64,000 nucleotides of DNA from Bacillota bacterium (GCA_033809515.1 JAPXLN010000002.1:6173-70172); one strand, 5' to 3'; counted from the stretch's first letter, positions 1-9,510 are shown. Numbers and translations: made by a program. Notes: generated by a model from the sequence alone, not told the origin.

Positions 1-1
1 T

Positions 2-1579
2 ATGGGCGGCCATTTCGCCCCGGAGATCAAATACGCCGGGTACGACGGGCTGATCATACGAGGAAAAGCCCCTGTTCCCAGCATAGTCGTAATCGATGAC
101 GGCAAGGTTACCTTCAGGGAAGCAGGAGACATCTGGGGGACCGGATGCATTACCGGAGAAGCCAAACTCAAAGAACAGCTGGGCGACGACTTCCAGATTG
201 CCATTATAGGGCCTGCCGGCGAAAACCTGGTGAAGTTCGCCTGTGTATCTCATGACTACGGCAGGCAGGCAGGCAGAACCGGGGTCGGAGCTGTTCTCGG
301 GTGGAAGAACCTGAAAGCCGTTGCTGTGCGCGGCTCCAAAACCGTTCCTGTGGCCCGGCCTGCGGAGGCTTTTGCCCAGGGAAAGAGCATGTACGGGTCG
401 TGTTTTCACAAGCCCGGGTTTAAGACGTGGACACCCTACGGCACTGCCGAGGTTGTAAACTGGGCAAACCAGGTTGGAGCTTTTCCCACCAGGAATTTCT
501 CGACAAGCTACTTTGAAGGACACGAGGGTATAAACGGTCAAGCTCTTGTGGACCGGATCAGGAAGCACGATAAAGGATGCTTCTGCTGTCCCACTCCATG
601 CGGGAAGTACTCCAAGGCTGTGACCAAGCTAGGAGAGATACTGGTTGAGGGCCCCGAGTATGAGACCATAGCTCTCTTAGGGGGCAACGTAGCTTTGGAC
701 AAAATAGAGGAAGTCGCCTACGCAAACTACGTGGCCGATGAGCTGGGGCTGGACACCATATCCGGCGGGAATCTGGCAGCTTTCGCTATCGAGTGCTTTG
801 AGAAGGGCCTCCTTACTGAGGAACAGACAGGCATGAAGCTGTCCTGGGGCGATTTGCGTACGGTTGTGCACTTGCTGGAGAAGATCGCCAAACGGGAAGG
901 CATAGGCGAGATCCTGGCAGAGGGCGTAAGAGACGCAGCCGAGAAAATCGGCGGAGGATCCGAGAAATTCGCCATTCACGTCAAGGGACTTGAATGGACA
1001 GGGTATGAAGCTCGATGGGCTCCTGCCATGATGGTCTCTTACACAACGTGCGATATAGGCGCACATCACAGCCGGTCATGGGCCATAACCCACGATGTAG
1101 CCACAGGTCGCGATAACCTGGAGGGGAAATCCGGAAAGGCGATTGAGCTGCAGCATGTGCGCCCCACCTTTGACAACCTGGGCATATGCCGGCTGCAGTG
1201 GGTTGAGATCGGCTTTGAAATGGAGAATTACGGGAAACTCTTCCCCCTGGTGACAGGAATTGACTGCACCCTGGAGGAGCTCCTGAGTGTATCGGAACGG
1301 GTCTGGAATCTGACCAGGGCGTTTACGGCCAGAGAGATTCCGGGGTTCGGTCGGTCATGGGACTATCCGCCTCCAAGGTTCATGGAGGAGCCTGTGCCTG
1401 ACGGGCCGGCTAAGGGGAAACGGATTACCAGAGAACAGATGGATGTTCTTCTCGACGATTACTATGCTCAGCGAGGTTGGAACAAGAAAGGAATTCCTAC
1501 TCGCGCCAAGCTGGAGTCCCTCGGGCTGACTGACGTTGCCGATGAACTCCAACGCTGTGGGTATGATCTGTCGGAGTAG
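2..1579 (+). CDS. Aldehyde:ferredoxin oxidoreductase (tungsten-containing AOR family), 5'-truncated at window edge
   Basis: Translation matches the AOR-family N-terminal/central domain signatures (..IIGPAGENLVKFA.., ..RQAGRTGVGAVLGWKNLKAVAVRG..) and the AOR domain 2/3 region. The ORF runs off the left edge of the window. Confidence 0.8.
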   Translation: MGGHFAPEIKYAGYDGLIIRGKAPVPSIVVIDDGKVTFREAGDIWGTGCITGEAKLKEQLGDDFQIAIIGPAGENLVKFACVSHDYGRQAGRTGVGAVLGWKNLKAVAVRGSKTVPVARPAEAFAQGKSMYGSCFHKPGFKTWTPYGTAEVVNWANQVGAFPTRNFSTSYFEGHEGINGQALVDRIRKHDKGCFCCPTPCGKYSKAVTKLGEILVEGPEYETIALLGGNVALDKIEEVAYANYVADELGLDTISGGNLAAFAIECFEKGLLTEEQTGMKLSWGDLRTVVHLLEKIAKREGIGEILAEGVRDAAEKIGGGSEKFAIHVKGLEWTGYEARWAPAMMVSYTTCDIGAHHSRSWAITHDVATGRDNLEGKSGKAIELQHVRPTFDNLGICRLQWVEIGFEMENYGKLFPLVTGIDCTLEELLSVSERVWNLTRAFTAREIPGFGRSWDYPPPRFMEEPVPDGPAKGKRITREQMDVLLDDYYAQRGWNKKGIPTRAKLESLGLTDVADELQRCGYDLSE

Positions 1580-1592
1580 AAGCCAACGCGAG

Positions 1593-1652
1593 GGCCGACG
1601 CAAGGGCCAACGCAAGGGCCAACGCAAGGGCCAATGTGAGGGCCGGAGTACA
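1593..1652. repeat. 12-nt tandem repeat (cgcaagggccaa-like) x5, intergenic between the AOR and moaD-like genes
   Basis: Direct reading: acgcgagggccg / acgcaagggcca x3 / atgtgagggccg, head-to-tail. Confidence 0.8.
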
Positions 1653-1655
1653 AGC

Positions 1656-1919
1656 TTGGGAGGGGGTTACCTGCCTAAAGATTCTCCTACCATAACGCTG
1701 TCGTGTGTGGGCCACACAGGGCAGTACTTGCCTGGAAAAGGCGCCGAAACAGAGGTTAGGGTTCTGCCTTCGGAGAGTATCGCGAGCCTGCTGAAGCGGC
1801 TCGACGTGGAGAAGGACTTATTCATGTACGCGCTGGTCAACGAAGCAAAGGTTAACCTGACCCATTGCCTTCAAGACGGCGACAAGGTAGTCCTGGTGTC
1901 GCCCTTGATGGGCGGTTGA
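1656..1919 (+). CDS. MoaD/ThiS-family ubiquitin-like sulfur-carrier protein (C-terminal Gly-Gly)
   Basis: An ~87-aa ORF ending ..VLVSPLMGG* sits just downstream of AOR. A TTG start at 1656 has GGAG 7 nt upstream. The ORF-track start at 1536 would overlap AOR and add an RKGQ-repeat N-terminus, so the shorter start is preferred. Confidence 0.5.
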   Translation: MGGGYLPKDSPTITLSCVGHTGQYLPGKGAETEVRVLPSESIASLLKRLDVEKDLFMYALVNEAKVNLTHCLQDGDKVVLVSPLMGG

Positions 1920-2043
1920 CAAGATAACACGATTGGCACCGGACTCACCGTGATGCCGGTGCCAATCACCTGGCTCAAGCAAGAACCTGAGAGCCAAGTT
2001 GCGCAGGAACGCACAACTTTTCCAGCATCCTGCCCTGAGTCGG

Positions 2044-2076
2044 TCAAAAAGGAAAGTTGCTCGTTTCACGAGCAAC
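2044..2076 (-). terminator. Rho-independent terminator (minus strand) downstream of the small membrane-protein gene
   Basis: Stem gttgctcg/cgagcaac with a 5-nt loop. It is followed on the minus strand by a TTTCCTTTTT tract. Confidence 0.5.
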
Positions 2077-2128
2077 CGGGTCTTGGAAGGCGATAGCCCT
2101 AGAACGAGCCGGGGCTGGAGGCATAACT

Positions 2129-2290
2129 CTATGGCCAGATGACCCGCCACAGTCCTGCGATGATCCCCAGGATCCCCCGGATTATCCCGGCCACAATACC
2201 AAACCCCAGACGAACAAACCCACCTGCGATAGCCAGGCACCCCAGGATCAGCAATACGAATCCCAGGCACCCTCCGATGCATCCCAACAT
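2129..2290 (-). CDS. Small hydrophobic Gly-zipper membrane peptide (53 aa), not in the ORF track
   Basis: The minus strand reads ggagggactcatcATG..., with GGAGGG 7 nt before the ATG. Translation: MLGCIGGCLGFVLLILGCLAIAGGFVRLGFGIVAGIIRGILGIIAGLWRVIWP*. Its own terminator follows. It lies downstream of tepA-ylzJ on the same strand. Confidence 0.45.
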   Translation of the reverse strand: MLGCIGGCLGFVLLILGCLAIAGGFVRLGFGIVAGIIRGILGIIAGLWRVIWP

Positions 2291-2402
2291 GATGAGTCCC
2301 TCCTAACCATGTGCCACCGGCTGTCATCATCGATCTTGTTTTACGCCGGCGAACGTCGAATGTCTGAGGCATTGCCTGATGAACTCCGGGCGGCATGATC
2401 TC

Positions 2403-2645
2403 TTAGAGGCAAGGGGTGCTTCCGGGGAGGGTGAAATTCAGCTTGGTGCCCGGCTGCCATTGAGGATTGAGGTAATCGTTGGGATTAGGCGAAATGAGCC
2501 TCAGAATCTGCGCCTGACCGTTGGAAAACTCCAGAACGAAGGTTCTTCCTTCAAAGTCTACAGTAAATAAGTTCCGCTTCTCTTCTGTTATCTCCTGGAG
2601 CACTGTTTCCGGAGGGTATATGGTGTATATGACCATCTTAATCAC
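2403..2645 (-). CDS. YlzJ-like small protein (downstream partner of tepA)
   Basis: An 80-aa ORF whose start overlaps the tepA stop by 4 nt (ATGA coupling). It contains a ..[13 protein letters not shown].. motif reminiscent of the YlzJ family. Its position matches B. subtilis ymfB(tepA)-ylzJ. Confidence 0.5.
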   Translation of the reverse strand: MIKMVIYTIYPPETVLQEITEEKRNLFTVDFEGRTFVLEFSNGQAQILRLISPNPNDYLNPQWQPGTKLNFTLPGSTPCL

Positions 2646-3400
2646 GCTCCTTGCTGGGGTTGTTGTGCAGGTTGTGTTTGAGCCTCGGGCTGTGGCTGGT
2701 TTTCCGGTGCTTGAGCCTGCGCCTGGCCTGTCTCTCCGGTCATTTCCTTCAGCTTGGATATAGCTTCGCGCAAACCGCCTACTTCGTCTATGAGTCCGAC
2801 CTCTACAGCCTCATTGCCTACGAGAATGGTACCTATATCCCGGGCCAGTTCTCCGGTTCGAAACATAAGCTCTCTGAACTTTTCTTCCGGCACCTTTGAG
2901 TTCTCTACGACGAACTTGATGACTCTGCCCTGCATTTTCTCGAGGTACTCATAGGTCTGGGGCACTCCAAGCACTGTCCCGGCCAGTCTGATAGGATGAA
3001 TGGTCATAGTCGCCGAACTGGTTATGAAAGACCAGTCTGCAGCTACTGCCACGGGAATGCCTATGCTGTGCCCGCCTCCCAGAACCAAAGACACAGTAGG
3101 TTTTGACAAGCTCTTTATAAGCTCAGCTATGGCCAAGCCTGCTTCAACGTCTCCGCCTACAGTGTTAAGCAGTATAAGGAGGGAAGAGACGTCAGGGTTT
3201 TCCTCCACTGCCACCAGCTGAGGCATGAGGTGCTCGTACTTGGTTGTCTTGTTTTGAGACGGAAGAATGATATGCCCCTCGATTTGACCGATAACAGGAA
3301 GGCAAAAAATGCTGCTTTTGTTGGAGGGCACGGCGGAAACTCCAAGCTCTTTTACTGCGTGAGCCTTTTCTTGCTCGTTTCTTGGCATAGACAACGACAT
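2642..3400 (-). CDS. tepA: ClpP-like protease TepA/YmfB (translocation-enhancing protein, SDH/ClpP fold)
   Basis: ClpP-fold motifs are present (..[17 protein letters not shown].., GGGHSIG, TIHPI). It has a low-complexity Q/A/P-rich C-terminal tail. Confidence 0.75.
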   Translation of the reverse strand: MSLSMPRNEQEKAHAVKELGVSAVPSNKSSIFCLPVIGQIEGHIILPSQNKTTKYEHLMPQLVAVEENPDVSSLLILLNTVGGDVEAGLAIAELIKSLSKPTVSLVLGGGHSIGIPVAVAADWSFITSSATMTIHPIRLAGTVLGVPQTYEYLEKMQGRVIKFVVENSKVPEEKFRELMFRTGELARDIGTILVGNEAVEVGLIDEVGGLREAISKLKEMTGETGQAQAQAPENQPQPEAQTQPAQQPQQGA

Positions 3401-3449
3401 TCACTCCCCTGAGTCGGCAAACCGGGTATCTGAGGCAAAAAAGCGTTGA

Positions 3450-5048
3450 TCAGGACCATCCGGACGCTGCCCGGACGTAAGCTTTGGATAGGTCCATACC
3501 CCGGAATATGCTGTCTCTGTTTTCGATCTCGTTCAGAAAGACCGGGTCTATGGCGCCTTCAGAGATCTCGCGGAGCAACCTTCCAAGACGCCCGAGGTGG
3601 TTGACGAACCGGTTCTGTGCATACTTAGGCAAGCTCCCTGTTTTCATTATGAAAGGCCAGTCAGAAGACTGGGCCAGAAGCATTTCTCTGACAGCCTGGT
3701 CAAGGGCCCGGCGCTTAAGGCCTCTGGCTGATTCCTGCTTCTTGCAGGCATCCAGGACCCGGTCCTGCCAGTAATGAAGGTGACGGTACATCCAAGCGTT
3801 TACATCGTTGAGCCAGACTTCGTGGTATCCCTTGTATCCCCAGCTGGACGAGGCAGGTTGGGCAATCTGGTTCAGCGGATAGTACTGAACATACTCTCCG
3901 GGCGTAATCAGCTTCACGTTTCTGTTGTCAGCCAGACGCCGAAATAGCCCCTCGAGCCACATGGGGCCTTCATACCACCAGTGACCGAAGAGTTCGGCAT
4001 CGTAGGGGGCGATCATTATAGGCTTTCTTCCCAGGACCCCCTCCCAGTGCTCAGCTTCTTTAGTGCGCCAGAAAGCGAAGTTCCCTGCGTGTTCCCATGC
4101 CATGCGCCCTGCGGAGATTGGTTCGTAGAGCTCCTTGTGGTCCTTTGTTCTGTCGGTAACCCGGTGGTACTTGATTCCGGTAGGGGCTCTGTGGCCTCCG
4201 GGAAGGGCGTCTCCCAGGTAGTCCAGGGGAAGCTCATAGCCAATGTCTCTGTAGAACTCTCTGTAGTTCGGGTCACCGGGATACCCTTCTTCGGCGCTCC
4301 ATACCTGTTTGCTGCAGTCGGGATCCCGTCCGAAAGCCAGGACTCCTTCAGGGGTGACAAGGGGGGCGTGAAAGCCAAACCTTGGCCTGGGCGATGCAAA
4401 GAGCATTCCGTGGGTTTCGAGGACAAAGTACTGGACTCCCTGTTTCTTCAGCAGGGGACCTACTTCAGGCGAATAAGCGCATTCCGGCAGCCAGAAGCCT
4501 TTTGGCGTGTGGCCGAAGGTGCGGCGAAAGGCGGAGATTCCTGTTTCTATCTGGAGCGCTACAGACTCCTTCTGGAGAAGTAGAGGCAAATATCCGTGGG
4601 TTGCCGCTGAAGTGATGAGTTCTACGGTCCCTGCACTTTCCAGGGCCTTCCACGGCGATATAAGGTCTCGGCCGTACTTGTCGTTGAAATCTTTGTGAAG
4701 CCAGGTGAACCGGTTCCGGTACATTTCCGCCAGGCTGCGTAAGTGAGGGTTGGAGGAGTTTCGCGTAACCTCCTTGCCGGCAAGGACAATCAGGGTTTCC
4801 AGATAGGCGCTAAACCTTTCCTTCAGGAGTTCATCGCCGAGCATATCCAGAAGAGGAGGCGAAAGAGAAACAGTGATGCGGTATGGCACCTTGTCGTTTG
4901 AGAGCTTTTCCAGCACGTTCAAAATGGGCATATACGATTCTGAGATGGCCTGAAACAGCCACCGCTCCTCTAATGAGTCCCGGTATTCAGGGTGCTTGAC
5001 GAAAGGCAGATGAGCGTGGAGCACAATGCTTAGAAAACCTTTATTCAC
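3450..5048 (-). CDS. GH57-family 1,4-alpha-glucan branching enzyme
   Basis: The N-terminal ..LSIVLHAHLPFVKHPE.. region is typical of GH57 branching enzymes, and the length is about 530 aa. The first 30 codons of the ORF-track call overlap the upstream DUF4912 gene. The probable start is the GTG (VNKGFL) at about 5048. Confidence 0.8.
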   Translation of the reverse strand: MNKGFLSIVLHAHLPFVKHPEYRDSLEERWLFQAISESYMPILNVLEKLSNDKVPYRITVSLSPPLLDMLGDELLKERFSAYLETLIVLAGKEVTRNSSNPHLRSLAEMYRNRFTWLHKDFNDKYGRDLISPWKALESAGTVELITSAATHGYLPLLLQKESVALQIETGISAFRRTFGHTPKGFWLPECAYSPEVGPLLKKQGVQYFVLETHGMLFASPRPRFGFHAPLVTPEGVLAFGRDPDCSKQVWSAEEGYPGDPNYREFYRDIGYELPLDYLGDALPGGHRAPTGIKYHRVTDRTKDHKELYEPISAGRMAWEHAGNFAFWRTKEAEHWEGVLGRKPIMIAPYDAELFGHWWYEGPMWLEGLFRRLADNRNVKLITPGEYVQYYPLNQIAQPASSSWGYKGYHEVWLNDVNAWMYRHLHYWQDRVLDACKKQESARGLKRRALDQAVREMLLAQSSDWPFIMKTGSLPKYAQNRFVNHLGRLGRLLREISEGAIDPVFLNEIENRDSIFRGMDLSKAYVRAASGWS

Positions 5049-5971
5049 TTTTGATCTTTCCTCCAAACCCCAAAAGAGCTGGTGCCGGTTTCCCGGGCAA
5101 ATCGTCCGTAGTGCAGCTGCCAGTCCAAAGGAGCCCATTCCAGGGCGAATTCGTCAGACACGTCTCCCGGCGGTAGAGTTACTGCGTTTGAACGAAGGAC
5201 CGGCACGAATTTGTCCGGGAATATCCTGCCGTATTCGGCTACGAACGTATGCCTGGGTCGTGGCATATGTAGGTACCAATTGTCGGCATAGTCGTTTAGG
5301 TAGTAGTCTACCTGACAGGGACCTGGGAAATCAGGGGTCATGTCATACAGCCTCAGGATGGGACAGGATAGCCCCCATTCTGTCAGGTGTTTTCGAAGCG
5401 TCTCCTGGTACCGTTCATGGGTTACCTCCCAATAGGCGTATATCCAGTTTGGGTCTCTGGCCATGAGAACAAGGCGGTCTTTTCCGTAAGAGCCTGGCAA
5501 ACAGTATTCCTCAGGCTGGTTTTCCGGGGCCGCAAGGCTTGGTCTTTCCTTTGAGTCCGGAGATGAGTCCTGAGATGAGTCACGGAACTCCTCTTCGGGT
5601 GCCCAAGCCCCGGGCTGTATTTCAATTAGGTCTGACGCTTCCCAGGCAACTTCTACCTCCTTGGAAATGTTATCTTTTCTCAGCCGTCTGGTTCTCAGTC
5701 CTCCGTCATCTTCTACGGGCTCTTCCGGATGGTCACTTTTCTGCGCGGCCTGCCATTGGAAGAATACAACCAGCGCAGAGACTAACAAAAAGGCGCCCAG
5801 TATCCATGCCACGAATAGGAACCCCCCTGTCCGGCTAAAATCCGGAAGGCTCGCTCTTTGCGAGTTCACCGGAAACACTAACTGTAGTAAATATGAGGAA
5901 TTAACTTGCCTTTTATTCTGCCAAAAGAGGGGCAAAGACATATGAGGCCTTGTGTGCTGGGAAACGGTCAT
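5045..5971 (-). CDS. DUF4912-domain membrane-anchored protein (glycogen-cluster partner of GH57)
   Basis: N-terminal TM helix (GFLFVAWILGAFLLVSALVVFF), an acidic linker, and a C-terminal domain (..LMARDPNWIYAYWEV..) resembling DUF4912. The start is uncertain because it overlaps the divergent GH15 start; a GTG further in is possible. Confidence 0.6.
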   Translation of the reverse strand: MTVSQHTRPHMSLPLFWQNKRQVNSSYLLQLVFPVNSQRASLPDFSRTGGFLFVAWILGAFLLVSALVVFFQWQAAQKSDHPEEPVEDDGGLRTRRLRKDNISKEVEVAWEASDLIEIQPGAWAPEEEFRDSSQDSSPDSKERPSLAAPENQPEEYCLPGSYGKDRLVLMARDPNWIYAYWEVTHERYQETLRKHLTEWGLSCPILRLYDMTPDFPGPCQVDYYLNDYADNWYLHMPRPRHTFVAEYGRIFPDKFVPVLRSNAVTLPPGDVSDEFALEWAPLDWQLHYGRFARETGTSSFGVWRKDQK

Positions 5972-7942
5972 TTTTATGTAGGTCTTGACGAAACGTGCTG
6001 CCTAAGGGAGATCTTCTGGCCCGTAACCGGCCTGGAAAACCACGCAGCTGAGACCAAGAGGAATCGTTTGGGTGTATGGTATGATGGCCAGTTATTTCCT
6101 GTAGGGGGCAACGGATGGCAAATACAGGGTGAGTATGGACCGGGCATGACATTTCGGTGGGAGGCCAGATTGGATCATATGGGGTTGTCCCTTTGGATAT
6201 GTGATGCGTTGGACCCTTACGAGCCGGTGTGGTCGCGGCAGGTACGGATGCTTCTGCCCGGAACTAAACCTGCAGGCATGTATTCCAAACAAAGCTATAA
6301 TCTCGGGGAAAACACAATCGGAGAGGGCGCGTTTTGGGACGAAGAACGCAAACGTCTGTATCACTACAAAGGCAGCGTCTGGGCGGGCATTTGCCTAGTT
6401 CCTGAGATTTCGGTCCGGGCAGGGGTGGCCAAAATGAGAGACGGCGGTGTCTACGTTCGTTCAGACCTTGGCCAGATCGTTGGACGTTCTGTAGACCACG
6501 GCCTTATCGAAAGCATCATAGGCCTTACGTGGGACGGCGCATCCGAGTTTTCAGCCGAATATATCCTTGCAATGGGCAAGAGCCGGCGCCAGGCCGACTC
6601 TTTCCTTGACATGGCCAAGACTTTCGGAACGCCCGGGGTGATGGAAAGGTCCAGACGGTATTGGGAAGTCTGCGGGTTTAGGAGAAGGACCCCTGCCGGG
6701 GATTCCCTGGACCCTCCGGGCCAATATGCGCAATTTGCGGATTTGTCTTTGAGGATCCTGGCATCTCATTGTGACGCAGGCGGCGGAGTCCTTGCTTCGT
6801 GCGACACGGACATTATGTCTGACTTCCGCGACCACTACAGGTACGTGTGGCCTCGTGACGCGGCCCTGTGTACGTCAACCCTGATCCGGGCGGGCCGCCC
6901 CGAATTTGCCCGAAGATACCTTGAGTTTTGCGCCAGGATTGTTTCCTGTGAAGGCTACATGTGGCAGCGGTACCGCCCGGACGGTTCCAGAGGCTCCGGG
7001 TGGTATCCTCCGGGCCCAAAGGAGGAGCCTCCCATACAGGAAGATGAGACCGCCCTTTCCCTTGTTACCGCCGGAGAGTACCTGGACCATCAAGGGGACC
7101 TGGATTTCTTGTGGAAGGTCTACCATGAGTTTGTGGCAAAAGCCGCCCGTTTCCTGGTGGATTACACCACCGACGGTGGCACTTTGGTGAAGCCCTCGTT
7201 TGACCTGTGGGAGGAGCGGTGCGGGATCTTCACGTTCACGCAAGCTTCGTGTGTAGTAGGTCTCGTGTCATCCGCATGCATTGACTGGACCTTGGGACAG
7301 GGAAACTGGCGAGACTACCTTCAAGGAGGGTTGCGTCTCCTAAAAGGGCTGGCAGAGCATCTTTCAGATGACCACGACGGGTTGGCCAGGGGGGTCGTCT
7401 TGCCCGAAACTCCGCAAAAGGACATAATTCAGGATTGGACGCCTGACGCAAGCCTTTTCATGGTACCGCTGCTTTTTGCCCGGGCAGGTAGTCTGAGCAG
7501 CAGATTTCTACGCGAAGCTGAACCGGCCATACAGGGGCAGTTCCATGACCTTCTGAGACTCCTGACGGCAAGAAGCAGGCGAACGTGGGATAGGCTTGCC
7601 GGAGCTCTCCTGGTTGAACTGCCCGGCGAAAGGCAGGGGGTGGCCAGGTACCCGGGGGACTGGTACTGCAGGGTTGAGGGCACCCGGCACCCCGGCAACC
7701 CGTGGCCTGTAGCAACCGTGTGGTACCTGCTGGCAGGGTATAAGCTGGGCATGCTCGACAAGAGCTTTTTGCTTGCCGGCGCCGACCAGATTATGAGAAG
7801 CAGCGTTTTCGGCGGGGTTTTGGCAGAGCAGTACCTTGCAGATTCGGGCATGCCGGCCTCGGTGGCGCCTCTTGCCTGGTCTCATGCTGCCTATCTGGAT
7901 CTTGTTATGTGTCTGCAAGAACCGTCCTCTGACCGTTTTTGA
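5942..7942 (+). CDS. GH15-family glucoamylase/glucodextranase-like glycoside hydrolase
   Basis: GH15 catalytic-domain motifs are present (..YRYVWPRDAA.., ..PSFDLWEER..). The ORF track begins at 5906; the ATG at 5942 (MRPCVLGNGHF) is chosen to avoid the divergent overlap. Confidence 0.75.
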   Translation: MRPCVLGNGHFYVGLDETCCLREIFWPVTGLENHAAETKRNRLGVWYDGQLFPVGGNGWQIQGEYGPGMTFRWEARLDHMGLSLWICDALDPYEPVWSRQVRMLLPGTKPAGMYSKQSYNLGENTIGEGAFWDEERKRLYHYKGSVWAGICLVPEISVRAGVAKMRDGGVYVRSDLGQIVGRSVDHGLIESIIGLTWDGASEFSAEYILAMGKSRRQADSFLDMAKTFGTPGVMERSRRYWEVCGFRRRTPAGDSLDPPGQYAQFADLSLRILASHCDAGGGVLASCDTDIMSDFRDHYRYVWPRDAALCTSTLIRAGRPEFARRYLEFCARIVSCEGYMWQRYRPDGSRGSGWYPPGPKEEPPIQEDETALSLVTAGEYLDHQGDLDFLWKVYHEFVAKAARFLVDYTTDGGTLVKPSFDLWEERCGIFTFTQASCVVGLVSSACIDWTLGQGNWRDYLQGGLRLLKGLAEHLSDDHDGLARGVVLPETPQKDIIQDWTPDASLFMVPLLFARAGSLSSRFLREAEPAIQGQFHDLLRLLTARSRRTWDRLAGALLVELPGERQGVARYPGDWYCRVEGTRHPGNPWPVATVWYLLAGYKLGMLDKSFLLAGADQIMRSSVFGGVLAEQYLADSGMPASVAPLAWSHAAYLDLVMCLQEPSSDRF

Positions 7943-8062
7943 GCCGGTGCCATGACATACCAGATTACGGGCAGGATCGCTAAGAAAAAAGAGGAATTTT
8001 GCCATTCAGGGCGAATATCGCCCACAGAGCGGATGCCCAGTTAGGCACGGCACTCCAGGAGG

Positions 8063-8410
8063 GTGCCGTGGCAAAATTCGAGGAGGGAGAAACTCAAATT
8101 GACGCTTCCAATCCTATCCCTTGAGGAGAAAAGACAAGCTTTGGAGAAGGCCCAGGCAATGCGGCGGGCACGGGCGGAGTTGCGGACCCAGCTCAAGAAG
8201 GGCCAGGTCAAGTTCGCTGACGTAGTTGACACAGAGGATCCCGTTGTCCAGAGGATGAAGGTATCGTACCTTCTCAGGTCTCTTCCCAGAGTAGGCAAGG
8301 TCAAAGCTGAGAAGATTATGGAGGAAGTAGGCATTGACGATTCCCGCCGGGTTCAGGGTCTAGGCAAAAGGCAGAAGGAGGCTCTGCTTGCCCGGTTCGG
8401 TGGGAAGTAG
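8063..8410 (+). CDS. mIHF-like integration host factor (helix-hairpin-helix nucleoid protein)
   Basis: ..[35 protein letters not shown].. resembles actinobacterial MihF, which also sits upstream of gmk-rpoZ. A TTG at about 8099 with GGAGGGAG upstream is the likely true start. Confidence 0.55.
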   Translation: MPWQNSRREKLKLTLPILSLEEKRQALEKAQAMRRARAELRTQLKKGQVKFADVVDTEDPVVQRMKVSYLLRSLPRVGKVKAEKIMEEVGIDDSRRVQGLGKRQKEALLARFGGK

Positions 8411-8427
8411 CCAGGAGGTTCCGGGAT

Positions 8428-8685
8428 TTGTCAGGCATCCGCATGGTCAACATCGGATTCGGGAATCTGGTCTCAGCGTCAAGAATCATAGCTTTGGTTT
8501 CTCCTGAAAGTGCGCCTGTACGCAGGATCATATCCGAGGCCAGAGACCGGGGGATGCTGGTTGACGCAACACATGGAAGGCGCACCCGGGCAGTGATTGT
8601 GGCTGATTCAGGGCACATTGTTCTTGGAGCGGTGAACCCTGAAACGCTGGTAGCAAGACTCAACGAACAATACAGCGAAACATAG
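8428..8685 (+). CDS. remA: RemA/DUF370 biofilm-matrix regulator
   Basis: [51 protein letters not shown].. is near-identical in pattern to B. subtilis RemA (YlzA). Its position upstream of gmk is conserved. Confidence 0.85.
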   Translation: MSGIRMVNIGFGNLVSASRIIALVSPESAPVRRIISEARDRGMLVDATHGRRTRAVIVADSGHIVLGAVNPETLVARLNEQYSET

Positions 8686-8700
8686 AGATGAAGGCTTGAC

Positions 8701-9510
8701 TTGAACATGACACAAGGACTGTTATTCGTGATTACCGCCCCATCAGGCTGCGGTAAGGGTTCTCTCAGGCGTGCCCTTACTGCTGAAGACAGGGGTATCG
8801 TGTTTTGCCCTTCGGTTACCACCAGGTCGCCAAGACCTGGCGAGACTGATGGAGCTGACTATTGTTTCATTACCGAGCAGGAGTTTTTCTCGAGGGTCGA
8901 GAGGGACGAGCTTGTAGAGTGGGCCTGTGTTTACGGTAACTACTACGGCACACCCGGGAAGACCATTGACGCTGTTCGCTCAAAGGGAAGCGATGTCATA
9001 GTGGAGAAGGATGTTCAGGGTGCAAGGACCCTGCGGAGGGTATATCCGGAAGGCATTTTCATTTTCATTTTGCCGCCATCCCTTGAGGAACTTCGCAGAC
9101 GTATTGAACAGAGAGGAACCGAAGAGGAGCATGAGGTGAATCTCAGGCTGGCAGGGGCCCGTCAGGAGATCTCCGATCTTTCCGCATTTGATTATGTTAT
9201 CATCAATTCTGATCTCGATAGAGCGAAAGAAAGGCTGATCGCCATTGTGGCGGGAGAGCGCGTCAGGCGCCGGTTGGGCAAAGACGCAAAGCTGCCAGAA
9301 GGCGAGGGGAGGGCAAGCAATGGTAAACCCACCGCAGAGGGACCTACCGCTCGAATCACAGTACAAGCTTGCGATTGCGGTGGCCAAGAGGGCAAGAAAA
9401 CTGGTCGCAGAACAGAACCCGGCTCTGTCTCAGGGCATGAAGCCTGTCACCATAGCCATGGAGGAGATCTCGGAAGGAAAAGTGGAGATCGTCAACAGCA
9501 AGCCGGGTAA
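8701..9510 (+). CDS. gmk: Guanylate kinase (ORF carries an anomalous ~63-codon 3' extension into rpoZ)
   Basis: P-loop APSGCGKGSL, and a ..SVTTRSPRPGE..YGNYYGT.. GMP-binding region. The expected end is about 9319, but the frame stays open to 9510. Confidence 0.8.
   Translation: MNMTQGLLFVITAPSGCGKGSLRRALTAEDRGIVFCPSVTTRSPRPGETDGADYCFITEQEFFSRVERDELVEWACVYGNYYGTPGKTIDAVRSKGSDVIVEKDVQGARTLRRVYPEGIFIFILPPSLEELRRRIEQRGTEEEHEVNLRLAGARQEISDLSAFDYVIINSDLDRAKERLIAIVAGERVRRRLGKDAKLPEGEGRASNGKPTAEGPTARITVQACDCGGQEGKKTGRRTEPGSVSGHEACHHSHGGDLGRKSGDRQQQAG

Noticed and set aside
677-1069. 130-aa and 82-aa minus-strand ORFs inside the AOR gene
   Set aside because: Antisense to a conserved enzyme-coding region, with no recognisable features.
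1536-1655. Upstream ATG start for the MoaD-like gene, giving an (RKGQ)n N-terminal extension
   Set aside because: It would overlap AOR by 44 nt, and MoaD-family proteins are about 80-90 aa. The TTG at 1656 with GGAG upstream fits better. The upstream start is kept as an alternative in the findings.
1818-2398. 192-aa (-) and 113-aa (+) ORFs spanning the small-peptide locus
   Set aside because: The + ORF is a Pro/Asp/Gln-rich mirror of the Gly-rich peptide gene. The 192-aa ORF is a different frame with no RBS and crosses the moaD-like 3' end and a terminator.
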